Made by a program: the position numbers and the translations under genes. The notes beneath the pieces are model-generated. The model was not told the DNA's origin, made no database searches, and saw only the letters and a program-made list of their open reading frames with translations. Below, piece after piece: positions 37,290 to 51,300 of a stretch of 64,000 nt of DNA (position 1 is the stretch's first letter; each line of letters begins with the position of its first letter). Origin of the DNA: Nemertoderma westbladi (Eukaryota > Animalia > Xenacoelomorpha); NCBI GenBank assembly GCA_032718475.1, contig JAUCBJ010005335.1, positions 2,112-66,111 of the forward strand, given 5' to 3'.

Positions 37290-38552
37290 ATTAAGGGTCT
37301 AAGGCATTCAAGCGGATCATTTGCTTAGTTTTCTAATTAGAAGGTCGTGAGTTCGAACCCTAGAAGAGCATTATTATTTTTTCCTAGCTCCTGGCTGACT
37401 CTAGTGTAAACTAGCTTTGACTCTCACAGCTATAGTGATAGTATGCAACCTTGGGAGTTAATGCACTGTCTTATGAGTAAATGCCAAGAGATTAGATTTC
37501 AGGTTGCCTCCGTTGGTTCACTCTTCTTAACTTTACAAAATAACTCAACCTTTATTTAAAGTTTTAAAAATTATGTCTTAGTTGACTAATTTTCCAAAGT
37601 ATTTTATAAAAAACATATAATTTCTTGAATAAATAGACCTAATAGTAATAAATATTGTGGGTAAATACTTTTATAATACTAATATAATTGTTATGGATAA
37701 ATAGTTCTAATACTAATATAATTATTATGGATAAATAGCCCTAATACTATTATGAAAGGATCTCAAACAAACAAATGTCAATAGCGTCATCCTGAGTGGG
37801 CAGTGAGTGTTAGCGATTTTAGTAAATTATGTTCTTTCACTCTCTATTTTTATATATTTTGACTCTTTTCTGTTACTTAATAAACCATGCAAAAATGAAG
37901 GCAAGATGTCCGGTCTGATACAATAAGCGGGATTGCGCTAGTGTACCTGTCAACAAGGGCCGCTCACTGTATCTGTTTATTTACCCTTTTTCCCTTCGAT
38001 GCATTGATTTGCTCTATATTTCACTTAGTTCAATACGGTATTTGATTATCTATTGTATTTAACTGAGATACGATACCGGGAGGGTGTGACAACAAAGTAT
38101 AACAAGTAAATGACTGACTAATTAATTCTGTAAGGACTCAAGTCTGGTGATTGTGTTTCCCTTTAGAGGAAACGTATTGTGACAAGTCTTTGGGTCTAAT
38201 TATATTGATATCACTACAGTATTCAATTTGTGACAACTCTCAATCGTGATGTAATTAATAATGAGAGCTTTGCTTATATTAATGGTTTGTAATATCGCCA
38301 TATATTAATTATTTAGTAAGTCAGAGATATGACAATACACAAATCTGATACAATTGTCCAGATTATCACTGATACTTAGTTACAGCAACCCACCTGTTGT
38401 GGCGCGTGTAAAACCTCCTTGATTACGTAATATCAGCGATGTATTAAGCAAATAATAAAAATAAATTGAATAAACCAGTAGAATATACAATGTAGCGATG
38501 AATAATTATAATTCAATTATTAACTCTTTAATTAAAAATAATTATAAACTCT

Positions 38553-38785
38553 TCATTTGGTGCGAGACGATCTGAAGCAGGCGCACGTAGCCCTTAGGAC
38601 GCCAAATGACAGACGTGCCCTCACCCAACCCATGACACAGCTGTAGGGCTTCATCCATTTCGTTGACAGCCTGTCAGCCAGTCTCTTCAGTGTCATGGAG
38701 TACTCTGGGCCGAGAACACCATCCACCGACACCACGAGCGGGGTAAAATCTGCTTGGCGAAGGGTGCAGGCGTCATGATATTTTG
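38553..38785 (-). mobile_element. 3' fragment of a second CRE-like/RLE non-LTR element
   Basis: ...DFTPLVVSVDGVLG..LKRLADRLSTKW..PYS.VMGWVRARLSF..LRA, followed by an AT-rich tail. Confidence 0.75.
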
Positions 38786-39382
38786 ATCTTATTATATGAT
38801 ATTTCGATATTTTGATGCGGTGGAGAAACGAAAATTAACTGGAAAAAAAAACACTACGTTTTTACTTACATGTAGTGCGGAAATTTTAATTTAGTACGCA
38901 ATATGACGTATGTAACAAAGGAAAAACAAAATGTAAAGACAAAATGTCAATACAGTAGTAAAAGTTGTTACTGTATGTAACAACACCGTAATGTTAAACC
39001 TGTCCGAACCATTGTTTAGAGGGTCGGGTGATAAACGTTAAGCGGGGGGGTTATGTTTGTGGATTAGTAATGCTTCCGCAGCTAAAAGTTGTATGGTTTT
39101 ATTAAACTGGCGGTAAACGCAGACACGGAAATTGGATATTCCACAGCAGTATCAATGTTTGGCGAATAGGATATCCTCCTGGATCATGATGGATATTTCC
39201 TAATGGTGGCGCGGTGCCCGTTAACTCGTTCATGTAATCGCTGGACAGTTTTTCCGATATAGTAGCTTTTCTTGTGTAGGTAGCACCAGGCTATATAGAT
39301 TACGTTATAATCTATTTTCAGCCAGTCAGACCCCATACTGCCTGATTGTCACTGACAACTTGCATATACAGTATACATCTAC

Positions 39383-40080
39383 CAGACTATAGAACTGCAG
39401 ACGGCTGGATATAGGTAAGAGTAATTAGTAATCAGAGGTGTCACGAGAGGGGGCGGGGCGCTTGGATACAACTATTATTAAAAACCTGTTGCTTGGTTAA
39501 ATCTAATTGGGGGTCAAAGGTCAATGATAAAGCTGTCTGGATATAGATAAGAGTAATTAGTTACCAGTAAGGGAGCTATACCCTAGGGCTAAGTATAGTA
39601 AGCTGAAAGTCTATGACGTCATTTGGTAAGTAATTTATAAAACTATTTATTGGTAATTCTAAAAATATAATTCAATTAAATAAAGTAAAAGTAATACAAT
39701 TAAATAAATTAAAACTAAATACAAATAAATAAGTATCAACAAATAAAAGAGCAGAGGTGTCACTTATGACACCCGTTTGGCCCTCTAGGTGATAATTAGA
39801 CAACACTGATGACCCATTGTGTGTCAGGGCGCTAATCGGTCTGATTAATTAGAATAATAAATTAAACCCTAATTAGGAGTCATAAGACAACTATTAGGGA
39901 ATTAAATGTACTAATTAATTGATGACACATATCAATTAGTGTTTAATTAGCCTAATTAGGAGGTGTCACCCAGACAGTCTGGCACCAATGACACCCAATG
40001 ACACCCTAGGTGTCACATTCCTAAGCGATGAGTCATGAGTTGGGTCTAAGTGTCACCGAGCCTGCCAAACTCCTACTACT
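39383..40080 (-). repeat. Uninterrupted inverted copy of dispersed repeat R1 (~700 bp)
   Basis: Matches 25799-26179 joined to 30540-30836. Confidence 0.85.
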
Positions 40081-40649
40081 GGTGATCCACTGCAATTACG
40101 TGTTCGTAATGACATCCCCCAGTAAAAGTATATACCCCACAATAAATACCCTTACTGTTACGAGATATTTTAAAATCTGACTTAGTAAAGATGGTGTTAT
40201 CGAACCCATAATTGACATCCCTGAGTGGATATCTCACATGGTTGTGGTCCCCATAAATTAACAGCCACAAGAGAAAACTAAAATCTGGTTAACTGTTGAC
40301 TTTCGAACTCTCGTTAGAGCTATAGTTAGACCCATATTTTAAGTTCACCCACCAGACATCGTGAGGTCACACGACTACCAGATCCACTACCAGACTGACC
40401 CATTCATGGTATTTCTCAGTCATTTTGCTGGTTTTAGTTGGTATACACAGTCGTTGGTCTATGGTGTTTTCAGTTAACATAAAGGATGCTCTGTTATTTA
40501 TTAGCATCAATGTTGTGAGTGATTTTCCACTGTATTGCAGATCCTCACTGGCACAACTCCTAATAGTACGGTTTGGTGTTTGTTACCCGCATCTGTGACT
40601 GTTCTATGTGTTTCTGGGTTATGTTTCTGATGTTCTACTTCTAGACATA

Positions 40650-41700
40650 TATTGCGTATGTGTCCATGTTTCCCGTAACGGTGACAAAGTTGGTGTGATA
40701 TGGTGTAGTCTCTTTTGTCCGAAGGTGGCAGTTCTTGCCAGTCTTGGCAATTAAGCGTGTCGTGTCGTGTGTTGACACTGTTGTCTTGGACTGTAAGGTT
40801 TAGAGTATAAAAAATCTAAAGTTATTTGTATTTTTTGCAATGCTGCATTGTTGTCAGTATTGTTTGTTCGCCATGGTCGTGGTGGTGAAGTTTGGTATGT
40901 TTGTTTTTTGTGTCCGATTGTTTGACTCCCTGAATGAGATTCTTTTTGGAATGGTAGTCCCCTGCTCATTAACATACGGGCATCCCTGTGTACTTGTACT
41001 CGTAATCCCCTCCTCGTCGCATGCTGCATATGCTGATGCTGCAAATGACTGTGTTCTTCTTGGCATTGGATCTGCTGGGTTGTGAGGTGGTTTTGGTTTA
41101 TATTCAGTCTTGGTTTACTTCAGTCTCCTCCATACATGGGATCTGTAAGGATTTCCGATTGGAATGTTAGGAATTTTGAAAGTTCATGCATCCCTGGTTC
41201 GTTGTTTTTATTTTCCCTTGTTTTAAACATGTTTGCTCACCATTTATTGCGTAGCCATTTTGGTAAAAGCTCCACTCTAGTAGTCATGTTTGATGAGGAG
41301 TTTAGTTCCTGTGTTTGTAAGATGATGAGGGCTTTTATTACTTTATTAGCATATTTCTTTATGCTTGTTGGTGTATCTGAGATTGTTGTTACTGTTAGAT
41401 TTTTAAGTGTAAGCTTGATGATTTTGGCTTGGTGTTCGTATTCTCGATCGAGAGCTTCACAAGCAATTTCGAATCCGTTGCTCATCCCCAAATGTTCGCT
41501 CCCAATGTCGTTTGTTTCTCCTGATGTGAAACACTGTAGATATTTTAAGCAGTTCGGTGCTGCATCTCTTTGCTGGTACATATTTCGGAATTGGATGTAT
41601 TCTTGCAGTTTTGTTCCATTGAATTTAAATGGCTCGACGGCAGGCGGTTCAAGTTTAATCTTTAGGGTGTCAACTAATGTGTGCATCGAGTTTGCTTGAT
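40650..41700 (-). pseudogene. Old BEL/Pao-like gag remnant (different family)
   Basis: KFNGTKLQEYIQF...LKYLQCFTSGE...FEIACEALDREY...LLPKWLRNKW resembles the BEL gag core; boundaries uncertain. Confidence 0.6.
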
Positions 41701-42035
41701 TCTGTATATGTTGATGTTTTGTTCCTTTGTGGTGTTGTTTGAACTTCTGTCCTTGTTTGTTGTTCTGGTATCTACCCGGATACGATATGAATGATAATTC
41801 TTGTTAATAGCTGTTGCTATGCAACTGGTTTGGTACTGCATTTGTTACCGGTATGGTTCCTCCACAGTCTGTATGTGCATGTTGTCCATCACGTAGGCCG
41901 TTGACATTCTTCGGTTTATCCACTCGCTGTGACAGTCCTACATGTGTGGCTCTCTCCCGACCCTGTACCTGATGATTATATATATAATGGTCACGCTGTT
42001 GTTGTTGTACACCCATTGTTATACAGTATGTGGGT

Positions 42036-42060
42036 GGGGGGGGGGGGGGGGGGGGGGGGG
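42036..42060 (+). repeat. G25 homopolymer
   Basis: Direct read. Confidence 0.9.
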
Positions 42061-43502
42061 AGTATTTTGACTATGTGTGTGTAACATAGTCCCTGTATTA
42101 TTATATTCGTAGGAATAATTGGATTTTCTTCTTAATGTTGCAAATTATTATATTATTATCCTACCATCCGGTTGTTATGTTGCTTTGCATAGGCTCCAGT
42201 TGGGGGTTAGGCCTATCTGTGTAATAAGTTCTATCTAAATAAATTGGCCTAACCTCATTATCGGCAGCATATTGCTGTGGATCCGGTAAGTCTAGAAGAT
42301 GGTTGCCTAGCTACAGGCTGTATATTACTGTCATAGGCAGTACTGTGGTACTGTTGCCAAGAAGATGGTTGCCTAGCTACCGGCCTATATGGGTTTTCAT
42401 CAGGGTTCAATGGTTTAGATTGTGTTTGTCTATGTTCTACATCATCCTTATTATTTTCAAAACGCACATTGTCTTATGTGCGATTTTCTACTGTATTATG
42501 GCCCTGTGAGCCTCTTTCTGCTACAGTATCGGGGTTTTCGAAAATTTCTGCCATCCTTCCATCACAGCACGCCTTCCATCGTATGGCCCTCCTGGTTTCT
42601 ATCGGTGCCTAGGGCAAAATACCAGTGCTCTGTTTTCCCGACGTTCTCTGGAGAATCCTGGTTGGTTTCTCTGTGGCCCTGTAATGTTTTACTGACATTC
42701 TGCTTACCTCCAGGTGCCGTTTTATTAGGTTTATTATTTTTCTTTGTTGTACTAGATTTGTTATTAATTGAATTACGTTCTCTATACAGTACCAATCATT
42801 TTTCCATTGTTCTGTCGTATTTATTTTTGCGTTTAAATTAATTGTTATGCCAGGTTCTCCTTTACTCGAGGTTTCACGTCCGCTAGTTACTATCAAGTTC
42901 ACCCGACTTGGTGACACGCTGATACTACATGGGTTTATAACATACTCTTGTTCTGTTTGGGTATTTTTTAATGCTTTTAACCTTTCATGACGTTATCTAC
43001 TTTTTTTACCCTCATGGCTTCTCCATTGCTCTCTCTCTCTCAACTCTTGCTCTAATTCTTTCTGGTTTCTTTCCCGCTCTCACTCTACTTCTCTCTGCTC
43101 TCACTCTGTTTCTATCCGCTCCTCAACCTCATACCGAACCATTTTAATTATCCATTCCCCGGATACATATCGTCGGCAATTCGACAAAACCCCCTAAGTC
43201 GATTTTTGTAGTTTTGAGAAAAACGAAAAAAAAACTGCATATTTTAAGAAATCTTGAGTAATGCGATCCAATTTTTGACTAAATATTTATAGCGTATAAT
43301 TAGTTTGGGCACATATTTTTAGAAGTAGATCACATTTTAGACCATTTAATTTGATATCTGTTGTTTTGCCAGATTGTGATACAAAATAGTTAGGTTAGAA
43401 CATACAATTAAGGGGGGTTATCTTTAGCATGTGGGGTTTTATCAGATACAGCCTGGCCCATTAAATGACTTATTAGTGGGTCTAAGGGTCCAATAAAGCA
43501 AA

Positions 43503-44020
43503 GCTTTTATATTAGAAACACTGTAATATAACAATTATTTTTATAATTACTACTTCTACTATCAGCATGCTGCATTGCAACTGCATTATCATGTACTACA
43601 TATATATTAATAATGCTGTGCCGGCTTGTAAACAAAATTGCGCTGTCACATCTCCCTAACACCCATGACATTTGCTAGATCATCCGCATCTTCAAGGCCA
43701 GTGTTTAGATACGCCTCTAAGAGGCGTCCCAAGAAAGGCATGAGTTGTCCACCATGTTTATTTATTCGCCAAAGCACAATATTATGCACTGGCTGGTACT
43801 CACGGCGAAACCATCGTCCTGCAAAGCGGAGGCGGTTCAGGTCAAGTGTCAAGCTAAGGAAGACTAATGGATGTTTCCTCCAATGTTGTATAGAGTCTGA
43901 TTGGAGATGTGTTCATTATACTTGACACAATGAACGCGGCACATTATTCTTTTGAAAGTGCCATCAAGAGATTTGGAATCCTCTGCAGTTAGAAGCCAGC
44001 ACAGACTCCCATATACGAGT
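43503..44020. repeat. Left copy of the 518-bp duplication flanking BEL copy B (contains the 3' end of an RTE-like LINE, minus)
   Basis: Matches 59914-60431 with two mismatches seen; encodes RLRFAGRWFRREYQPVHNIVLW. Confidence 0.93.
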
Positions 44021-45240
44021 TGTACGTTTGAAGTGCCTTTTGAAGACCTTTAGCAGTTTAACCTGCCAAAATTTATATGTCTTTTGGTTTATAAATAGAC
44101 TTTAGAAGTTGACAAATATTTAATACCAATAAACACAACATTAGCAGAAGCCAGCCTAGTGCGCGTCCATTCACCCGCTGGATATACCCGGGAGACTGGA
44201 TTCTGAGGGCTTAGATTATTATTGCAGTGTAAGCTTACTGTATTATTCGATTGATCGTTAATAAATAATTTCTGACTAATATTATTCACTTTCGGGAAAT
44301 ATTAACAGTTCCTTTAGGACGTGGCGCTCTATCTAGGTAAACAGAGATATGACTTATACTAATCACAATGGCAAGTCGGTAAGGCTTATGATTCACGTAT
44401 GAGGCGCATTCTTTAGGAAATGCTTAGTTATCAATCACAATCAGGCACACTACCGGTAACACACAATACTGCTCACTAATTTGCCGACCGTCAATGAATT
44501 TTGTTATATATAAAGAGAACAGCAACGGACTCATGTAGTGCTTATCAAATAGCATTAAATTCACTACAAACCACAACAATATAAGTCGCAATCGCTATAT
44601 ATAACCCGTCTCTCTAACCTGTAGTGTATCAAGAAAATTGGAAAATTTGGGTTCTTTATAAATGTTCTCCAAATAATAATATTCAACCAAAACACAACAG
44701 TAAATAGCATTAAGACGGTAGGTTAAGATGGTAACACTGTTTGACTGGACCGATAACAGTTATACGCTTTATAATCTTAAGCCTACTAATGTTTCTTCTA
44801 AAGTCTGAAACGAATTGACTCTAGAGCCGGTGTTCCTGGCCTAGATAGAAGGAACACAACAGTATCACCAAAACAGTAAGACTGAACACTCCTAGTATGA
44901 TCGGCCGAATATCTCCACATCGACAGAAAAAATCGCTCTGATTGGCTTAAGCTAAACAAAGAACCATGCGTCCAATGGCTGTTTCCATGCCAGCAACCAG
45001 CTGCTAGATGTCGTAATCTGAATCATCAAGGCCAAGCCGTGTAAAGGTATTTGGTGCATTGCGGGTTTTTTGCCTTACCATGTCCGCCAAAACACGTATA
45101 TAGAAGAATGACTTTTATGTCCGTTAAAACACCTACAACGGTACCTTGCGGGCGAGGGGAATATATATACAGTTAGAGAGCCTTTTAGGCCTTTTATTGC
45201 GAGGCAAAAGGGCCAGTTATATCCCACAGAAGCTTTTACA
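44021..45240 (-). repeat. 3' LTR of copy B (1220 bp)
   Basis: Repeat of 58681-59913 with ~4 substitutions and two indel/filler events. Confidence 0.93.
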
Positions 45241-45318
45241 CCGCTCCCAGAAAATGGGATTTGAGTCTATAAAATATACAAAATCACAGTTTCTAATATA
45301 CGTAAATACTCTAAACAG

Positions 45319-46761
45319 TTAGTCTTTCTTGCGCGGACGGCGTTTATGCAGTTTTTTAAAGCTAGCCAGAGTCCTTTTCTCTTTGGGGCGAGCCACTTTA
45401 CAAGGAGGGCTATAACTCCTGGGTGAAGGGTGCAATATGATTGCATCAGAGGGTGTAGGATTATGGTCGGTGTATCCGCCAGTCGAAGTACCGGGTTGAT
45501 TGACGTCAGGGGAGAGGGGTCTAACGGCTTTGAGAGCTCGTTTCAAGACAGCCGCTCTTACGGGTCCTTTACGAGTGGTCTGAACAAGGGCCGTGGGTGG
45601 ACCATAGGCAGTTAGAAACCTCCGGGGTTTAATGGTTCTTTCCAACTCGCGTTCGCGGGCTCGGTATTCGTAAGGCCGTCGATATACTTCCTGTAACTCG
45701 GGGTGTGAGTTAACAAACAAGTCTCCATAGTCCGGATCCTGACGGATATAATTGATTAAGTTATAGGAATGAAGGTCGCTAGGATTAACACTCCTGAGAA
45801 ATTTGCGTACGAATTTGGTTGAAATACATTCTCCGACGCGCTTCAGTAGCTCGTAACTCGATATGCGTGATTTCTGTTCGACCGAAGCGAAGAGATAAGG
45901 ATGGAACGCATAAACTCCTTCGTAAGCGCGTCCGGGATAATAGCGATGGCGCGAATCACAATGCAAATCGGCGTTCGCTTCCCAAGCTCTGATGTAACCT
46001 AGTGTGATCATTTCATCTACGCTTTCCAAATCGTGATTAAAAGGGCAATCGAAACTGGCATGTCCCTTTAGTTGACAATGGTGACATTGAGTCATAAATT
46101 GAGGGCAAACCGCAAAAATGTGCAAGTTATTGAGTCTGCAATACGCACAATAAATTTCCATCACCGGTTGTTCGTGGAAATAGGAACAGCGGACGTTTGT
46201 GTCCATGGGCGTAACATGGTCTCTCGATGCGCATAACCGACAACGTTGCCGAGAAACATAGTTGGCATGGCGATAATTGTACGCAGTGAGACACTGTGGA
46301 CCTTGATACCATTCTAGGATGTAATCGTTGTCGCTGTTCCGGGCGCGATAGGCTGAATCTCCTCAGATTCTAGGCATATTGGTTCGTCTTCCCAGTCTGT
46401 TACGAATAGAATTTTCGTGATCTATTCTCGGTTTATCGTTACGACTCCGCTGGGTATGATATTTAAATAGAACCATTTCCCTTTCGGTGTCTACATCGTC
46501 CGTATCATGTAAATCGATAGGATGGCCGGTAGTTAGGAAGTCCATATACGTACTATTACGATGCGTATAGCGAGCGGTGAATTTTCGATAGTCCAATTCA
46601 CGCATAAGTTGCTCTTGGGACATCGGCGGTTCGATATAACGACCATCGTCCTCCGTAATGGTTGGATCGGTTTCACCGCGTATCAAGCTATCCACAAATG
46701 CTTGTAAAGGTAGAGTATATCGCTCCCTGATACCAAGATCATCTTCTATCAACTCCGTCAT
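45319..46761 (-). pseudogene. Remnant of the extra ORF in copy B (~2.8-kb internal deletion near 46392)
   Basis: The N-terminal 123 aa and C-terminal ~355 aa match copy A; the exonuclease-like region is absent. Confidence 0.9.
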
Positions 46762-48388
46762 ATCTGCTATCTGAGTTTGTTAATATCGAAATGAGTTTAT
46801 GTTTAGGCGAGCGGACGTCGCTGCCTACCTCTCTTTGCCCCCGGACAGTGGGATTCTCAGCGCCGATGTACCGTCGTCGCGGTGTTTTACGCCAACATGT
46901 AGCAACAGCACGACAACGATAACCGGCACAAGTCACTCCACTGTCCGTCCCAAAGGCTTGAATCCACTTTAGGTTCTTTCTATAGGAGAGTTGGGCTACT
47001 TTCACAATTGCGACTAGCTACTGTAAACATACTTTAGCAGTAACATTCACCTATAAACGCACAAATTCCACACAACTGTCACCAATTGTACACATACAGG
47101 CCATTTGTCCGTTAGTCAGTGCCTTCCAGAATGTCACGTTATTACTGTGTATCTTTGGATACTAACAGTGTGCTATGTATTCTCTATGCTATGCAATGGG
47201 ACAAGCTTTCTATTGTTCTTTTAACTTGCTTCTAATTCTAGCGTGGGTGTTGCTATGGTGACATTATGGAATGCTAGCGGTAGAATTAGGGTAATTCTCA
47301 TGCATACAGATCTGGGATGCTATTTAATAATAATTCTTTAATTGTCAATATCCTCTCTATGCATGATTTTATTAATTTTATCGGCTATTGACTATATGTT
47401 GGAGATTCTCGCGCTCTAATACACTCAATAGGATGAATCTCCGCTCCCATGATCTATTAATTAATGGAATTTTGGGAATGTTATAAATTGCACAAAATGA
47501 CAATTTATGAAATTCATTTAAAATATGAATTTAAATCTATTCCTGTGAATTTTATTATTTGATGTTAAAATTGACACAATTTTTATTCCAGAGCAGGTCT
47601 GGGGACATAGGATCCTTAATTCTATGAAATTGTCTTTTAAGATTATCGGTAAGTGCTGCGATATCTTAATTGACTAGAAATTTTAAAGGATCTGAATTTT
47701 ACAGATTTTAACAAATATTAAATTAATATTTAAGATAGGCACCGATTTATTCCAGAACTTGTCTGGGGACGTTAACCACTGATTCTAGAATTTGTCTTTC
47801 AAGTATATCGGTGGGTGCCGCGATATCTTAATCGACTAGAATTACAGATGGTCAAAGGTTTAACAGATTTATTTGCGTTTTACGCTACTGTTAGAGGGAC
47901 ATCACGCTACTATATGTATTATTTAATATAAGGTAGAAGAGCAATATCGCACGAAGCAATGTCAGTGTGAAGAGGCAAGTCGTTTCCAAGGTCTACCCAG
48001 AGCTTGGTTTAGCTGAGACACGAGGATCTGAACTTTGCATTCCTAATACTCTGCCTACCAATAATACTTGAATATAGTAGTGGCTTTATTGTACTTTAAG
48101 AAGTACGGGCATTTCATCTTACTGTAGTCACGTATTTATACTATGATACGGACAGTAAGGAAAGAGAAAAAATTATTTCTCGCCGTCGCACTAAATATAT
48201 ATTATAAGTAATTACGTACGTAATAAACACTAATATATTGCACTAATCTACTAAATAATCACTAAAATAACATTCTACTAAATAAAATTGAATAAAAAAC
48301 GATTATAATAAAGTACATAATAAAGTTCGCATATAAAAATATAATAAAATAGATAAAACAATGTAGTCATACACCCACTCCAGACGTA

Positions 48389-51300
48389 TCACGTTGGGGA
48401 GTCCCTAGATGTTTGAGGAATTAGGGAGGTGGTCGTGGGAAGAGTGTCTTGCCTTCCATAGTTTCCGGAGAGTTCTCTGTCTCTTTCCAGTAAACATAAA
48501 CGACCAACTGGGCGATTGAGTTGTTGCGTCTCAAAGATTATGCCTGGCTTTTTGAAGTTACGCCGCATGACGATGAGTTCTACCGAGCGTACTAAACCAT
48601 CATCCGAGATGTGGGTCTCGATGATACGACCTGTCTGCCACCGTTTACGTGGGAGGTCTGGATCTACAATAAGCACCATATCTCCGGCGCTGACGTTTTC
48701 TTGCTGCGCAAACCACTTAGTTCGAAGTTGTAGCGTGGGCAGATAATGTTTCTCGAAATGGTCAGCGAAACGACGGGATAGCAACTGCATAAGTTGCCAA
48801 GTTCGACGGCAGTATTCGTCTCCGTCGGCAATCTCCGATCGTGGGAGCATGGCTACAGGTTTCTTCAGTAGGAAATGCACGGGTGTTAGAGCTTCCAGGG
48901 AATCGGGACTCGATGAGACTGGCATAAGTGGTCTCTCGTTGAGATAGGCAGCTATTTCCTCCATTAACGTCCGCAAAAGTTCGTCGGTGAGATACGCGCG
49001 GCATGGCACTATAAAGTGAAATGCGGTCTTAACACTTCTAATTAATCTCTCCCAACTTCCTCCCCACCAAGGGGCGTCGGCGGCGTTGAAGGTCCAGCTA
49101 GACGCTGTTATCCTTAGCTGGTCGTCCACCTGTCTTTGGTTCCAGTCCTTCACGTAAGCCTGTATTTCGTTGTTGGCACCAATGAAGTTCGTTCCCTTAT
49201 CCGATCTCATGGTATTACTCGTCCCGAAGCGAGCGATCTGTCGTCGTAAACTTAAGACAAAGCTGTTGGTAGATAGATCGTTCACCATATCGAGATGGAT
49301 GGCTCTACAAGTCATGCACACGAAGATGACACACCATCTCTTGACTATAGTCCTACTGAATGCTTTTCTACAGGGTATGCAGTTCCTAAGAACTTGGTTC
49401 AGAGCTCTACGGGGTTTATCAAAATAATAGCAAGTTCGAATTTCGCTAAGAACTCGTTCTCTACCAGCATGATAAAGTTTACTGTGAACATCTACAATCA
49501 TCTTGATTTGTACTTCAAGATTTCTAATGAGTATGGGGAATTTAGTGTCAAAGGATAAGGGTGCATTGGTGAGCCTTCCTCCAACACGTATTAACCCATC
49601 TATCATTGTGCTAGAGAATCGATCCCTTTTGCGCATCTGCGGATTTCTCAACAACAGGAAATACTTTTCGGAATCCTCATAGCATTGCAGGAGTCTCAGT
49701 ATCTGCTTATTGGTTTCTTCATGCTCCTGGTGACTAATTTTCTCCTTTAGAAAACGATCAGATGTCTTATATTTGGGTACATTTTTAATAACATGAACTT
49801 GTGCAGATGTCAATGGAGCGGTATCACTAGTGGTCTTCGTCCTGGAGTAGTGATGATGAAAACATCGTCTTAAATATGTGACGGCTTTACAGAGCCGATT
49901 CCAGGAACTGTAGTGATGCATTGCTCTCTGCAGCATGGGTGAGATTCCTTGCGAGACGTCTGGTATTCCAGATTTCCAATTTCTATCTCTAATTTCCATA
50001 ACAGACTTATTTGTGGCGAGGGATTGTGGATCCGAAGCATCGTTTCCGGAAGCATGTAATACAGATAGATCGATAGTCGGTTTGAATAACTTCGATTTAC
50101 TCGCCCGGGTTTTAGGTTTGACTGTCTCCGCTCCCTTGGCTTGTCTAATCTCCGCCGTAGTAAGGTGAGGAGGCCATTCATCCTCTTCCTTGCTCAGGAA
50201 GTCGGGTCCACCCAACCAGTCTGGAGTATCTATCAGTTCCTGTGGAGTTGCTCCCCTGGAGGCGATATCGGCTGGATTAATCGTACCAGGGCAATGTCTC
50301 CATTGATCTATCTTTGTGCGACTAAGAATAATAGCTACCCTGTTAGTAACAAAAACGCTGAACTGACAGACTTCATTGGTTAGATACTCCAACACGAGTA
50401 AAGCGTCAGTCCAATAAACCGTTTTCTCCAGTGGATAGTCGATTTGTTCCGTTACGTTCCGGCCGATGGCTGTAGCGTATAAAGCCGCCTTTAACTCCGC
50501 TCGAGGAACCTTTAACTTGTTGTTAATCAATGCCTTAGAGGTAACCAAGGCGACTTTGATTCCATCCGGGGTTTCGACTCGCAGATATGCTACTATACCT
50601 ATTCCCATGTCGCTGGCGTCTCCAAACACATGGAGTTGATAGGAATACGTAGGAAGAACATGGCCAAAATATGCACGGGAAATTATAAAGTTCTCGATGG
50701 CAGGTAGAGAATCTTCCCATTTCATCCATTTCTTTAACAATTCTCCCTTAAGCGGATCGTCCCATGAGTGGTTTTCAAGCCACATTTATTGTACTAAACT
50801 CCGAGCAATCAATATAACTGGGCTTATAAATCCCAATGGGTCGAAATAAGTGCTCAGGATACTTAAACAAATCCGTTTGGTCCGAACTGGATTATCTCGC
50901 TGTTTTAACTGAAAAAACAGGATGTCTCTTTCAGTGTCCCACTTCAACCCAAGCGTCTTGGTTTCAGGAAGATCGTCTTTTATTAAGTCTAGGTCTTTCG
51001 TTCCTCTGTCTTCTACCGGTATGGCTTCCAGAAACTCACGGGAGTTGCTAGTGAATTTCGTCAGTCGAAATCCACCTCTTTTTAAACACTCTACCGTTCC
51101 TTTCGCGACATCTATGGCTTCTTCTACTGATGGAAGGGACCTTAAATTGTCGTCCATGTATATATTACATTTTATGTTGTCTATCACTTCTTTTGAGAAG
51201 GAGTCTCGGTTGTCATTCGCAGTGGTTCGCACCACGGAGCAGGCGTTGGAAGGGCTTGATATGATTCCAAAAGCCTGGATGGTCATCCAGTACTCTACCG

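Noticed and set aside
37338-37370. tRNA gene (AGGTCGTGAGTTCGAACCCT B-box/T-arm)
   Set aside because: No A-box or acceptor stem could be built; at most a tRNA-derived SINE fragment.
50786-50788. Programmed stop read-through in gag-pol
   Set aside because: Stops differ between the copies, and each is a sense codon in the other copy, so they are point mutations.
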